Assembly: GCA_030770535.1 (NCBI GenBank) | Contig: JASVEC010000001.1 | Span: 1,922,001-1,986,000 of the forward strand | DNA: 64,000 nt | Source of the DNA: Batkoa obscura | Lineage: Eukaryota | Direction of reading: 5' to 3' | Part shown: in pieces, positions 51,527 through 64,000 of the stretch | How the letters are laid out: each line of letters begins with the position of its first letter | How positions within the stretch are numbered: position 1 is the first letter of the stretch | Position numbers and translations under genes: made by a program | The notes under the pieces: model-generated | Database searches by the model: none | Told to the model about the DNA's origin: nothing | Seen by the model: the letters and a program-made list of their open reading frames with translations, nothing else

Positions 51527-52866
51527 ATATCTTATTATTTGAAATAAATAATATTTTATGCAATCAAAGTTTATCGATTAGTTTTCGATAAATTATAAAC
51601 TGCATGAGCAATAATAATTAAATTCTTACAAATGAATAAGTTTAAAAGCTCGGTTAAAATCGAGGATAAAGTTTTCTATTTCACTTTTTTTTGTCCATTT
51701 TCTATGTAGCGTAAGTTTTAAAAAAGATTAAATAAACACCGGATAAAAAACGCTCAAACATAAGTTATTTTAAAATCAAGCAAAGAAACAAATACTTTCA
51801 TATCGCTTAGTGCTTAATTCATAATATTTACTGAAGATCTAAATTAGACAAAAAGAACTAAACTTTTAAACTGTCTCAAATATAAGATACACTTTAAATT
51901 TCAATATTGAATTATCGCTTTAAAATTGGATAAAAATGACTAAAAATAATTAGAACTTATCAAATTCTTGATGATCTCATCATTAATTTTTTTAATAATT
52001 AAAATCTTATAAAACAAAACGGATCATCACAATAATTAATTTGGTAGTAAAAATTTAATTATTGCATGACTAAGATCAACATGTATAATTTATAAATACT
52101 ATTAATTCTCACTCTATATCTTGATAAAGCTTTTAAATTCTTTATTATAAATGTTGATTCAAGCTAAAAACGAAAACTCTATGGTTAGGTTACCCTTGAA
52201 ACTCAAATTACGCAATAAGTTTTTATTAGTTTGGGAATCCATTTGTTATATTGGTAAAATGACCACAGAACCGACTTTAAGTAAACATATTGTTGAACAC
52301 TCAGATAACATTGAAAAAAAAGGGTTATTAAGTTTAGATAATGAAAGTATGACTCAATTGATTGATGCTTAATATAAGTGGAGGATATTTGTATTATTTT
52401 CCTTTTTTACTGTTGTTTTAAACCTACTACATTTGAATTTCGTTTTTACATCTTTGTTAAATGTTTGTTGAAATACAAGTATGAAATCGGTTTTATTTTT
52501 AATAAATAGATATACTTTTATGGTATGTATTGTGTTTCTTTTGTATTTATTGATATGTTAACAAGTTAGATACAACGATACAATATCAGTAATACATGAA
52601 CAACAAAATCTTATCAAAGTAGCTTGAACTTTTAAAGTAGCTTGAACTTTATAACAAAAGAATATATTTTTATTCATACGCTCACTATTTTAACTAAAGT
52701 CCTGTTCCATTAACTTTGACTATATTTTAATTAAGTATATCAAATCTATTTTTAGCTCACTAAAAAATAGTTGAATTTCAACTCACACAAATCAAATCAA
52801 ATCAAATCAAATTCACTACGTCAAAATCAGTTTCGAGAAATTTAAGAAAAACATTTTTATTTTAAA

Positions 52867-54357
<1,491 letters not shown>

Positions 54358-54560
54358 AACATAATAAAAATGGATTGAACTATTTATTATATTTCAATTT
54401 TTAAGGTCGATTCAATACAATGAGTATTTTTAATCTTTTTCTATATTAAAACTTCAATGTAAAATCAATATCAAATCTTAACTAAATAAAAAACAATAAA
54501 AATAATTATATAATATAAATTTCATTTATTGTTAAAAAATTAAGACTACAAAATTCCTTC

Positions 54561-55777
54561 TTATTCAGGTTTCGATGAAGACTGCGTAGTATCATTAACC
54601 TCATCCTCTTTTGGTTTCTCCTTAATATCCTTGACCTCCTCTTCAACATCTAATTTAATATCTTTTTCTTTTAAATCTTCCGGAATTGGGGTATAATCAT
54701 TATTGGGTAATATATTAGCATGATAAGTATTTGATTCAGAAGTAGTAGTAGATGTGCTTGGTTGAGTATTATGATTGACTGGAATATTCAATGCTTTTAA
54801 AGCTTCATCTCTTACACCTTCAACAGAACGTACAGCAGTTTGTACAAACCCGCTTACTTTTTTACCTTGTTCAGTTTCAAGTGCTTGATGACTTAAAGAA
54901 GAGACTGTAGCAGCAGCTGTGTTTATAGTAGAAGTAACACCTAATTTTTTATCTAATTCAGTAGCTCTTTCACTTACATGGTATTTTTCATCAAGTTTTT
55001 TAGTTTCCTCCTTTGCACGTTCAATATAACTTTTAACTTGAGTCGAAACCCCATATTGAGTATCAATTTCTTTACCAGTTTGAATTACTTTTTGTGAAAG
55101 TTGAATACCGGTATTTATAATACTATTGAAAAAAGAATTGCCCTAAATGAAATCATATAAATACATTATTAAATAAAATAACATAAAATAATTACCCCTT
55201 GAGCAGTTTGTTCTGAGGAAGCGGTGGTTGAATTGGCATTTTGAGCTCTTTGAGTTTCACTCACTTTTGGTACTGGAAAATCTTCTTTATAATAAGGTTC
55301 AACAAGTATATTACGTTCTCCAATGGAAGCATTGGTAAGCATAAGGGCAGTTTTTGCAGCAGATTCTATAATAATTAATTTAATTAAATTCTGATTTTAA
55401 CACACTTTTCTAGTAGTTTACCTTTTTCAAATAAAATTAAAGCTTTATTACTTTCGTTATCTTCAGCACTAAAAGAGATTAATATTTGCTGTTAAATGAT
55501 TAAAAAAGAAACTTACGGTATAATTAAAAATTGTTCAATTTTACCACAGAATAAGAAAAAATCTTTGACTATAAGAAATATAAATATTCAATTAAAATGA
55601 TTCATAAATTAATAAAACTTACCAACTTTTTCATCAGTAACAGGGGAGATGTTACTTACAAGGATTAATTTAGCAGTTGGTGCTTCTGGCAACTTATATA
55701 TAATTATTAACACTCATTATTTCAGCTATACATAAAACTATTCTTACTTTAAAATCGGGCCATTCGTTATTGCTCAT
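54561..55777 (-). CDS. Vip1-like RRM domain protein
   Basis: VSNISPVTDEKVVKDFFLFCGKI, ILFEKESAAKTALMLTNA, followed by repeated DxxYxV helical segments. Confidence 0.8.
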
Positions 55778-56410
55778 GTTGAATTTTATTTTTTTGAATA
55801 TTTATAAATAAAGAACTTCCCAATCTCTAATTTCCAATTTATATACCAAATAGTGATGTAATTTTAAAAGGTTTGGTTTATTTTTCGTAAGCTAGAATGA
55901 TTTGGTTTGCTAAGAAAACTGAAATTTAGCAAAAGAAATTTTAAGGTTTGGTTTAAGTGCCACTTTAATATTATGCTTTGCTCACTTTAGATTGGCAAAA
56001 ATTGGCAAGCAAGCCAAGTTTTTTAGAAAGGCTTTTAAAATTAGTGATGATAGGTGATATTAAAAATTATTCAAGATATTAATATATAGGAATTATTTTA
56101 TTTTATTTAAATATAAAGCATATACATAATTTAATATAAAACTGTATAATTTATGTATAATTTATGGCTATTTAGTCTAATCTTTAGATTTGGAATAGAA
56201 TCTTTGATTTAATATTCATTATTTGCCAAGAAGTTTGGAAAAATGATAGTACTATTTTTTATATTGAAATGCTTAGAATTAAATGACAATTGAATTGTCA
56301 ATGTATTATTCTTATTAATTTAAATTATTGATAATACTGTTTATTATTTTATTAATATTAATATTTTATAGATTTGAATTTTATAAAGCATTTTATCAAT
56401 TTTAACATAT

Positions 56411-56508
56411 GAGGTGCTTTTTTTGGCTTCATTATTTTTTCCATTTTTTAAGCGCTATTTGAGCGGAAAGATTGTTAGTAAAATTCTTAAACACAAAAAT
56501 ATATCCCC
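56411..56508 (+). mobile_element. MITE copy 13
   Basis: GAGG...CCCC termini, ATAT TSD. Confidence 0.9.
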
Positions 56509-56725
56509 ATATAATATAATCTACTAATATTCAATTGAATCTTTTAAATTAATATCGGTTTTAACTTAATCAATAGTATTTTATAAATAAACAATGATTT
56601 ATAATAAAGTATTTTAAAAATATTTTCTACATTTGGTCTGTACAAGCATTTATAAATAATGACAATAATTAAGAATAATATCATTTTAAATATAACAATT
56701 AATAAAGAAATACTTGATAGTATTT

Positions 56726-56820
56726 GGGGATGTTTTTTTTGGTTTCATTACTTTTTCCATTTTTTAAGCACTATTTGAGCGAAAAGATTATTAGTAAAGT
56801 TCTTACAAAAATACATCCCT
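56726..56820 (+). mobile_element. MITE copy 14
   Basis: GGGG...CCCT termini, ATTT TSD. Confidence 0.9.
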
Positions 56821-56999
56821 ATTTGTTAGTATTTCATAAATATATTTTACTCAAACTAATTTTTTTTTATCAAATCCATATTTTAACACTTTTATACATA
56901 TTAATAACCTTATCTTTATATTTATGAAGGACTCAGTATTAATAAATGCCATATTATTAGGACCTTAACATAAATCAACGTTTATAAATTCATCTTTAT

Positions 57000-57097
57000 G
57001 AGGATGTTTTTTTGATTTCATTACTTTTTCCATTTTTTAAGCGCTATTTGAGCGGAAAAATTGTTAGTAAACTTCTTAAACAAAAAAACACACTCCC
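57000..57097 (+). mobile_element. MITE copy 15
   Basis: GAGG...TCCC termini, TTAT TSD. Confidence 0.88.
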
Positions 57098-58059
57098 TTA
57101 TTCTAGTTGTTAGATTCAGTAGAGATATACATTGTAGTTTATAAACCACTACTTAATTATTCCAGCTTAATCTATTACTATAAATCCATTTTTACTCTGT
57201 GACATAATAATAATAAGAGTTATTATAATAAGAATTACTATTATATTAGTTATTTATCATACTTTACATTATCATAATATAATTATTACTAATGTAAGGA
57301 ATTCGATTAGTATAAATAGGTTAAAGGATTATTGATAAATAAGTAACTTTTTAAACAATTTGAACAAGTAAACTTTTCAACTGTATTATTGTTGGGGGTA
57401 GAAAGTTATTTTAAATTTTAATCTGTTTAAATATGTAGACTAGAGGGTGAGACTGAATAGAGAAGTAAGTTAAATAGCTAATTTTGTCATGAATAAACTT
57501 TATAACTAAAACTGTTGTTTATAGTAAAGTATAATATCATTTTAAGATTGAGTCATTTATTAACAAAATCAAATGAGAAGGCCAAACGACATTGGAATCA
57601 GCTCATTTGAACCTGAAGATTACACGTTATAAGCACATCTTTTTTATGTAAGAGTTTTAATACACCTTTTTCATTTAATAGCGTTTGATAAGTGGATAAA
57701 ATAATGAAACTATGAAATATGTCCTCCTATAGGTTTATAGAATATTATGAGCCATAAAGTACTATTGAAGTTTATTAAACATAGAATTGGGGATTTTTAA
57801 TTTCGTATTTGCTAAATTTATTTACGTCTACTTTTTCTATTCAGCAAATACAAAATTGAAAATGCCAAGCTCTACACTTAATATAATTTAGTAGTTAGAT
57901 TGATTTTTAATCCAGGTGATAAAAGATTTATACGGATTCCTAAATTAGGAGGCATTAAGAGTATCCATAAAAATAAAGGTTAATAACGACACTCTTAATT
58001 GAAATTAAGAACATCGAGAGCTTAACACGTGAATTTAGTGACGTGATAAAAGTAAAAAA

Positions 58060-60093
58060 ATGTACAAGTTTTCATTTTATTTTTTAAAATACAAAATGCA
58101 ACTAACTTTAAGTTTAGGAATTCTATTTTACTTATTTTTAAATGTAAATAGTTCTCGTCAACGTTTTCTTTCGTCTACAGATCCTCATGATGGTTGTTAT
58201 CTAATTGCTGATAAACAGATAGTGACTTATGATGAAGCTATTAGATGTTATAAGGAGTTCTCCTTTAATGAAACAGTACGTCAGAACACTCTAGATACTT
58301 TAAAGAAAGCCCTTCCATTCTATGCATTTTTAGATATAGCTAAATCCTCACCAGAACCTAAAATACCCTTGAAATTAGATTTAATTGAAGAAATCCGTAA
58401 AATTGGCTATAAAAACTATCAATATGAAATGAACTTTCAAAATGATTTAGTTAATTTATTTCATCAATTAAATGATGGACATACAGGTTATTCTTCTGGT
58501 TGTTTTTCTTCATTTATATTTCGTCAACCCTTTCCAATTGTTACTGTAAGTGAAGATTTTGGTGGTCAAAAGTTTTTAATATTACCTGAATTTACATTGG
58601 GTTATGGCTTAGAAGAAACTTGGAATAAAATGGGCTTTGATATTAAAAAGTATGCTGGTAGTGAGATTATATTAATTGATGGTATTCCTCCATTAGATTA
58701 TTTTATTCGTTATGCTAATACTATGGTTGGTGCATCTAAAGATATTAATTCAAGAATTAATTTAGCTTTAGCTAGAGTAATGCAAAGGGGTGGTAAATGG
58801 GGTATTACTAATGGTGGATTTACTGCAACTGTTTCTATACCTAATAAATCAGCAATAACTTATACTATCAAACTTAAAGAAGGAGGCAGTGAAACAATTA
58901 CAGTACCTTATTTAGCTTCTAGTCCTATGGATTTTAAAGATAGTAAAGAATTCTATAAAAAATATTGTGCTTATAAAGAATTCCGAATTAAATCACCTCA
59001 ACCTGGATTTGATCCTAAATTACCTCAATTTAAAGTAATGCAAGTACCTAAAGTAGTTTATGAAAGATTAGATCATCCTCTGACTTCTGCTATTAAAACT
59101 TTAGGCGAAGATCCATTAAAGAAGCCATTAACTTCAGGTGAGGTAATACAAACTTGGATGGTGAATAATAATACAGGTGTAATGACAATTACTAGTTTTG
59201 TAGCAAGTAGTGAACAGGCATTCTTAAAAGAAGCGAGTGATGGTTTCCGTGCACTTAAACGTAAAGGAGCTGAAAAACTAATCTTAGATGTTAGTAATAA
59301 TGGAGGAGGCGTAATATGTTGGGGATATTATATATTAGATTATTTATTTCCACACTCTGATAAAAGATATTTTGATACAGATATGCGTGCATCTAAATTA
59401 ATGTTAATGATGGCAGATAGAGATAATAGAGATGGAGGGTTTTTTAATTTTAATTATTGGCTTAAACCAAATGGACGTCCGTTTGGTAATAGTGATGATT
59501 TTATCGGTAATAATCGATATTTTAGAGGAGGTGCCTCAGCACATTATACTTCTCTATTTGACGATCAATGTGGATCAAACCCATTACATTTAATGATGAA
59601 TAAGGAATATAATCATGAATCAGATAGTCTTTTACCTCCATTTCCATTAAATAAGTTGGCTGTCGTTACCAATTCTATTTGTTATTCAACTTGTTCTTTA
59701 TTAGTCAATGGACTTCAAGAAATGCATGGAGTCACTACGTATGCTATGGGAGGAGTTCGAGGGGAAGTAGCCACCAGTTGCTCTATTCAAGGAGGAACTG
59801 TTTATAACTTTGAATATTTATTAGATGATTTAGCAGAACTTGGATTAAGAAATCATCCAGATGCACCAAAGCAATTCCCAGTTGAAGCTTCACTTTCATT
59901 AACAATTCGTGAAGCTTATTCTACAAGAAATTTCTCGAGACAAGATGGTGAAAAATATGGTAATAGACCTTTAGAATTTACTTGGACTAGAGCTAGCTAC
60001 CACAAACCTTATCCAGGGTTTGCAACTATACTTTCGCCTTTTGAGCAATGGAGACAAATTGCTGATGATTTTTTTCATCATCAAAAAAATTAA
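58060..60093 (+). CDS. Secreted S41-family serine peptidase, copy B (protein identical to copy A)
   Basis: Identical 677 aa translation in the ORF track. Confidence 0.85.
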   Translation: MYKFSFYFLKYKMQLTLSLGILFYLFLNVNSSRQRFLSSTDPHDGCYLIADKQIVTYDEAIRCYKEFSFNETVRQNTLDTLKKALPFYAFLDIAKSSPEPKIPLKLDLIEEIRKIGYKNYQYEMNFQNDLVNLFHQLNDGHTGYSSGCFSSFIFRQPFPIVTVSEDFGGQKFLILPEFTLGYGLEETWNKMGFDIKKYAGSEIILIDGIPPLDYFIRYANTMVGASKDINSRINLALARVMQRGGKWGITNGGFTATVSIPNKSAITYTIKLKEGGSETITVPYLASSPMDFKDSKEFYKKYCAYKEFRIKSPQPGFDPKLPQFKVMQVPKVVYERLDHPLTSAIKTLGEDPLKKPLTSGEVIQTWMVNNNTGVMTITSFVASSEQAFLKEASDGFRALKRKGAEKLILDVSNNGGGVICWGYYILDYLFPHSDKRYFDTDMRASKLMLMMADRDNRDGGFFNFNYWLKPNGRPFGNSDDFIGNNRYFRGGASAHYTSLFDDQCGSNPLHLMMNKEYNHESDSLLPPFPLNKLAVVTNSICYSTCSLLVNGLQEMHGVTTYAMGGVRGEVATSCSIQGGTVYNFEYLLDDLAELGLRNHPDAPKQFPVEASLSLTIREAYSTRNFSRQDGEKYGNRPLEFTWTRASYHKPYPGFATILSPFEQWRQIADDFFHHQKN

Positions 60094-60098
60094 TTTGT

Positions 60099-60143
60099 TA
60101 AGAATTAAATAAGAATTAAATAAGAATTAAATAAGAATTAAAA
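60099..60143 (+). repeat. 11-bp tandem repeat (TAAGAATTAAA)x4 in the 3' UTR; two units in copy A
   Basis: Read directly in both duplicate arms. Confidence 0.85.
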
Positions 60144-60334
60144 GTCATTATTAAACTTTTGTAATATGAGAAAAAATAGCTGATGTTATTAAATAATCTA
60201 AGTTGATTAGATTTTGTACGAGTAGCTAAATCGATCTTATAATATATAGTATTTAATCTGACCAAAATAAAACTAGAATAGTTTTTAACACTATTAAAAA
60301 GATATTAAATACAAAAATACAAAAAATTATTATT

Positions 60335-63003
60335 TTATTGGGATATTGAATCTAAAACCTTAAGGATAACATTAGCAGTTTCTTTGACCTGAGGTGGATT
60401 ATTATTATCATTCAATGCATTTAAACCACTAATAGTAAGTTTATTAAATACTTCAAATAAATTGATCCCTTTAAATGCTTCCCTATTATTATTAAAATTA
60501 ATCAATATGTTTTTAAGTATCTCTAACCCACGAATTTGTTTATCAATTCTAGTATTAGTAGCAATAAGTAATGGTATAATTCTTAATGTAGCTGGTAATT
60601 TTAAAATATTAATACAGACTTGAGTGGAATTTGATAATATTGCTAATGCACCACTAGCTGCTATAATTGTACTATCATCATCTGTATCTGACAATGCTAA
60701 TAATGTATGAATTTTATTTTTTGCTCCAACTGTTGAATAAAGTTCATAAACCTCTTGATTAGTTACCATATTACATATTAATTCAGTAGCCGCTCTTTGA
60801 ACCATTGAATTATCGGATAATATCAACATTTCAATAGCTGATAATCCTTTTAAACTAACAATTCTTTGGCGAACTTCTGGATATTCACAAGAAAGGTTAG
60901 TAAGAGAAAGTAAACATTCAAATTGTTGTAAAAGAGAAGCAGAACTATAAATTTCACTACCACCTTGACAAACATTTAAAAATGGTCGAACAGCTTCTAC
61001 TTTTAATTCCCCTGGGAAAGCAATTTTGGGGTCAGTATGAATGGCAAGTTTAGCAAGTGCTTGAGTAGCTAATAAAGCAACTTCTGTTGATTCTGAAATG
61101 GCAATTGGCAATAAAGCTTTAACCGTTCCATATTTAAATAATTCTCCATGATTTAATTTATCTGTAGCTAAACTAAGGTAAATATTGGCTAAACAAGCAT
61201 ATATATTCTGCTTCTTAGTTTTACTAAGCTTAACTAATAAAGATAATAGATTAGGAGCTCTTATAATTAATGAATTTCTCTTTTTTACTACATCATCAGC
61301 CATATTTGGATCTTGCATTTCATCAATAGTTTGATTAGATTCTTTAGCCAATTTCTTTAACTTTTTAATTTGTTCTTGCTCTTTAGTTAATACTTTACGA
61401 TAAGCTAATACATTGGATAGAATGGCACTGATACCATAAAGTGTTGCTGGATGTACATCCTCTAATAAACCTAATTTCGTAAGCCCAGCCCAAAATAAGA
61501 AATTGTTACCAAGGATAGCTCGTACTTTAGGATGAATACTATAAAAGGTAAGACTTTCTATAGCGGTCATTTTAGCAGTTGAACTAAGTATGGATTCTTT
61601 GTCAATTATAATATCAATTAGTGGCGTTACCAAATCATCGATAGTTGATTGATCAATTTCTATTTTATTTTCAATTGATAATTTTGATTTGACTAATATG
61701 GCTTGTGCTTTTAATACACTCATTTTTTGATCTTTATTTTTAGATAATTGATCTAAATAAACTAAGGAAGTTTCCATTATTAATTTTCTACCTTCCGTTG
61801 TATTACATGCTAACCCCAAAACTTCCACCATTTCAATTTGAGATTCTTCTTTCTCAAAGGAGATTAAATCTAGTGTTTCTAATAACCATGATTCTTGAGT
61901 TATTAATTGTAAACCTAAAGGTTCAATACATTGAAATATGGATTTAAGGAATATAAAAGATTGTAATTGAGAAGTATTTGATTGTAAATCATCAAATTTT
62001 TTAGTAAGGGAATTGGATATAGAATCAAAAGCTTCTTTATTTTCTTTTGCTTTCATTAATATAATAATTGTTAAACCTCGAATTTCTTCATCTTTTGAAT
62101 ATAAATTATCAATCATCATATTTTTAAAAAGGATGTGATTCGAAAATTGAAATGGAAAATCATACAAAGAAAAGGTTTGAATTATTGGTAAAATGGAATT
62201 TTTGAAAACACTCTTTGAATAACCTTTACCTATAGCAAATAAAACATTTAAATATAATAAATACAACTTATCTTTAACTATATTTTTAACATCTTGATTC
62301 TTCAAATTACCAATCTCAATAAACATATTTCTAAATAATCCTGAGAATAAAGTAACAGTTTCATCTTGTAATTTTGGTAACGATAAATCTCCAATCGAAG
62401 CTAACTTCTTTATTATTGATTCTAAGCATACTTGATTCCGTGTTAAATTGGTTATATTTTTTAATAGATATTGAATCAATTCCTCTTTATATTTCTGATC
62501 ATTTTTTAAAATATTTAATAATGCTTCTAAAATTAATACTGGTCCATTAAGTTCATTAAATTGATTAACAAATACTGAGTTTGATTGAGAACTTAATTTT
62601 TCTAACTTCTCTACTGCTTCTAACTTTTCCTGTATTCTAACATCTTCATTACATATCTTTAAAAGTAACTCTTTTGGTAATGACTCATCTAAACTTGGGT
62701 CTTTGATAGAAATGAGTTTCTTAGTTAGTGCTATAACCTTTGGGTTTTGACCATCAATTGATAATGCTTCTTTTAAAATTGAATGAGCTTCGGAATATTT
62801 TTCTTTCTTTAATGAAGCTTCACATTGATCAATTAATTCATTAAGCTTTCCATCAACATCAATGGTTGCTGAATTTATAATTAAATAATTTATTTTAAAT
62901 TCTATTATTTACTTACTAGTCTCTACTTTCTTGCTAAGATCTAATTGAATTTAGTTGATTAATTGTTGAATTAATTGACTTGATATTATAAATTACCTTC
63001 CAT
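60335..63003 (-). CDS. UCS-domain myosin chaperone (She4/Rng3/UNC-45 family)
   Basis: Armadillo-like ORF with AIESLTFYS, ATQALAKLAIHTDPKIAFPG, LQQFECLLSLTNL, ILSDNSMVQRAATELICNM, AASGALAILS; small 5' exons from ATG at 63003. Confidence 0.9.
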
Positions 63004-63305
63004 TTATTAAAAAACAATTCTTCTTATTATAAACGTTCTTATTTATAATGACATCGAAAACTACAAATTATAAAGATGCAAATTTTGTGGCAAAAAATAA
63101 AAGTAACCATACTGACAATTAACGTCATATAATAACCCATTTAAGTAATAGAAAATACATAACCATAATGCCGTAAAATAAATGTTTCAATTAATTTATT
63201 AAATCACACAATTATATTAATTTATATATATATCTATGCCTAGTTAAAAGCCAAATACTAAATAGAAATCATATATAACCCAGCTAAACTAAAATTTAGT
63301 GAAAC

Positions 63306-64000
63306 TTAAAGATGAGGAGTGGAGTTATTAGCCCAAGCAACGATGATATTATAAGCAATTGAATGTCTAGTAGGTAAAACTAATTCAATATCTGCAACTT
63401 CGTTATCTGCTTTTGGAGGATCAGACCAAAAAGAAAAAGTGTTGGCTTCGTTACCTATTGCCTTCAACACTTGTTGTCTTGTAAACCATTTGGCATCTAA
63501 ATTGTGATTCAATTACTTGTTTATAAATAAGTCATTTTATTTACCTTCTAATTCCTATTAAAGACAATATAAATAAAGTTATTAAATAATTAAATTAAGA
63601 GTACCTCATCGTCCTTATTTATTTCTTCAGTAACTGCATAGGCATGACAACCAATCATCAAATTACTAGGAAATGGCTATAAGATGTTTTATTTAATATT
63701 TTCAAATTATGAAATATAAGGATTACCCATGGCTGTGATGAAATATACTTAACATTATCAACAACTACCCCAGTCTCTTCAAGTACTTCTCTTTGTATAG
63801 CTTCCTAATTAAATAATTAATTTGAGAAAAGTATTGAATCAACTAAATTACCTCAAGTGATTCTCCAGGCTCAAAAAAACCAGCTACACAAGAATACACT
63901 TTTTTTGGAAATACTGATTTCCTACCTAATAATATTTTTTCTCCATCTTTTGAGATGACACATACAATACCAACAGCGTCTTATTATTTTTATTAATATT
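63306..64000 (-). CDS. NPY1: NADH pyrophosphatase / NAD-cap decapping Nudix hydrolase (NPY1/NudC), 3' part
   Basis: Nudix box AGFFEPGESLEEAIQREVLEETGV plus SQPWPFPSNLMIG signature; ELEDAKWF; SIAYNII. Confidence 0.93.

Noticed and set aside
52151..52372. 73 aa ORF and coding-like patches at ~50500-51200, ~39100-39500 and ~32400-32640
   Set aside because: May be decayed gene or transposon remnants, but I recognise no family and the frames are interrupted.
20180..52812. Microsatellites (ATT)n at ~20180, (AAAT)n at ~24410, (AATCA)n at ~52790
   Set aside because: Ordinary simple repeats expected in AT-rich DNA.
56411..57097. Regularly spaced repeats resembling a CRISPR array
   Set aside because: Units are ~98 bp TIR elements with individual TSDs, dispersed across a eukaryotic window; no cas genes.

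Overview
Very AT-rich, intron-rich eukaryotic DNA. Gene content and short GT-AG introns point to an early-diverging fungus, possibly Entomophthorales (inference). Conserved spliced genes: probable TFIIF beta (partial), DUF2415 WD40 protein, CWF19L1/DRN1, frequenin/NCS-1, BRE1, ornithine decarboxylase antizyme with a +1 frameshift at GUU-UGA-C, PIG-U/GAB1, TRM82, PRP28, methylglutaconyl-CoA hydratase, Vip1-like RRM protein, She4/UNC-45-like UCS protein and NPY1 (partial), plus a U2 snRNA gene. Between them lie intronless accessory genes (F-box, two expansin-like, a small Cys-rich secreted protein, GMC oxidoreductase, Kelch membrane protein, two near-identical S41 peptidases). The mobile layer comprises 15 copies of a ~98 bp MITE with 4-bp TSDs, a decayed Sola2-like element with related termini, two catalytically empty transposase-like ORFs, and three solo LTRs, two of which inserted into the same ATAGTTGC target. 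Several local inverted duplications are present, and two end exactly at a MITE. The NCS-1 gene has a splice-generated UGA at a conserved Trp. Exon boundaries were read by eye and family assignments come from motif recognition, not database searches.
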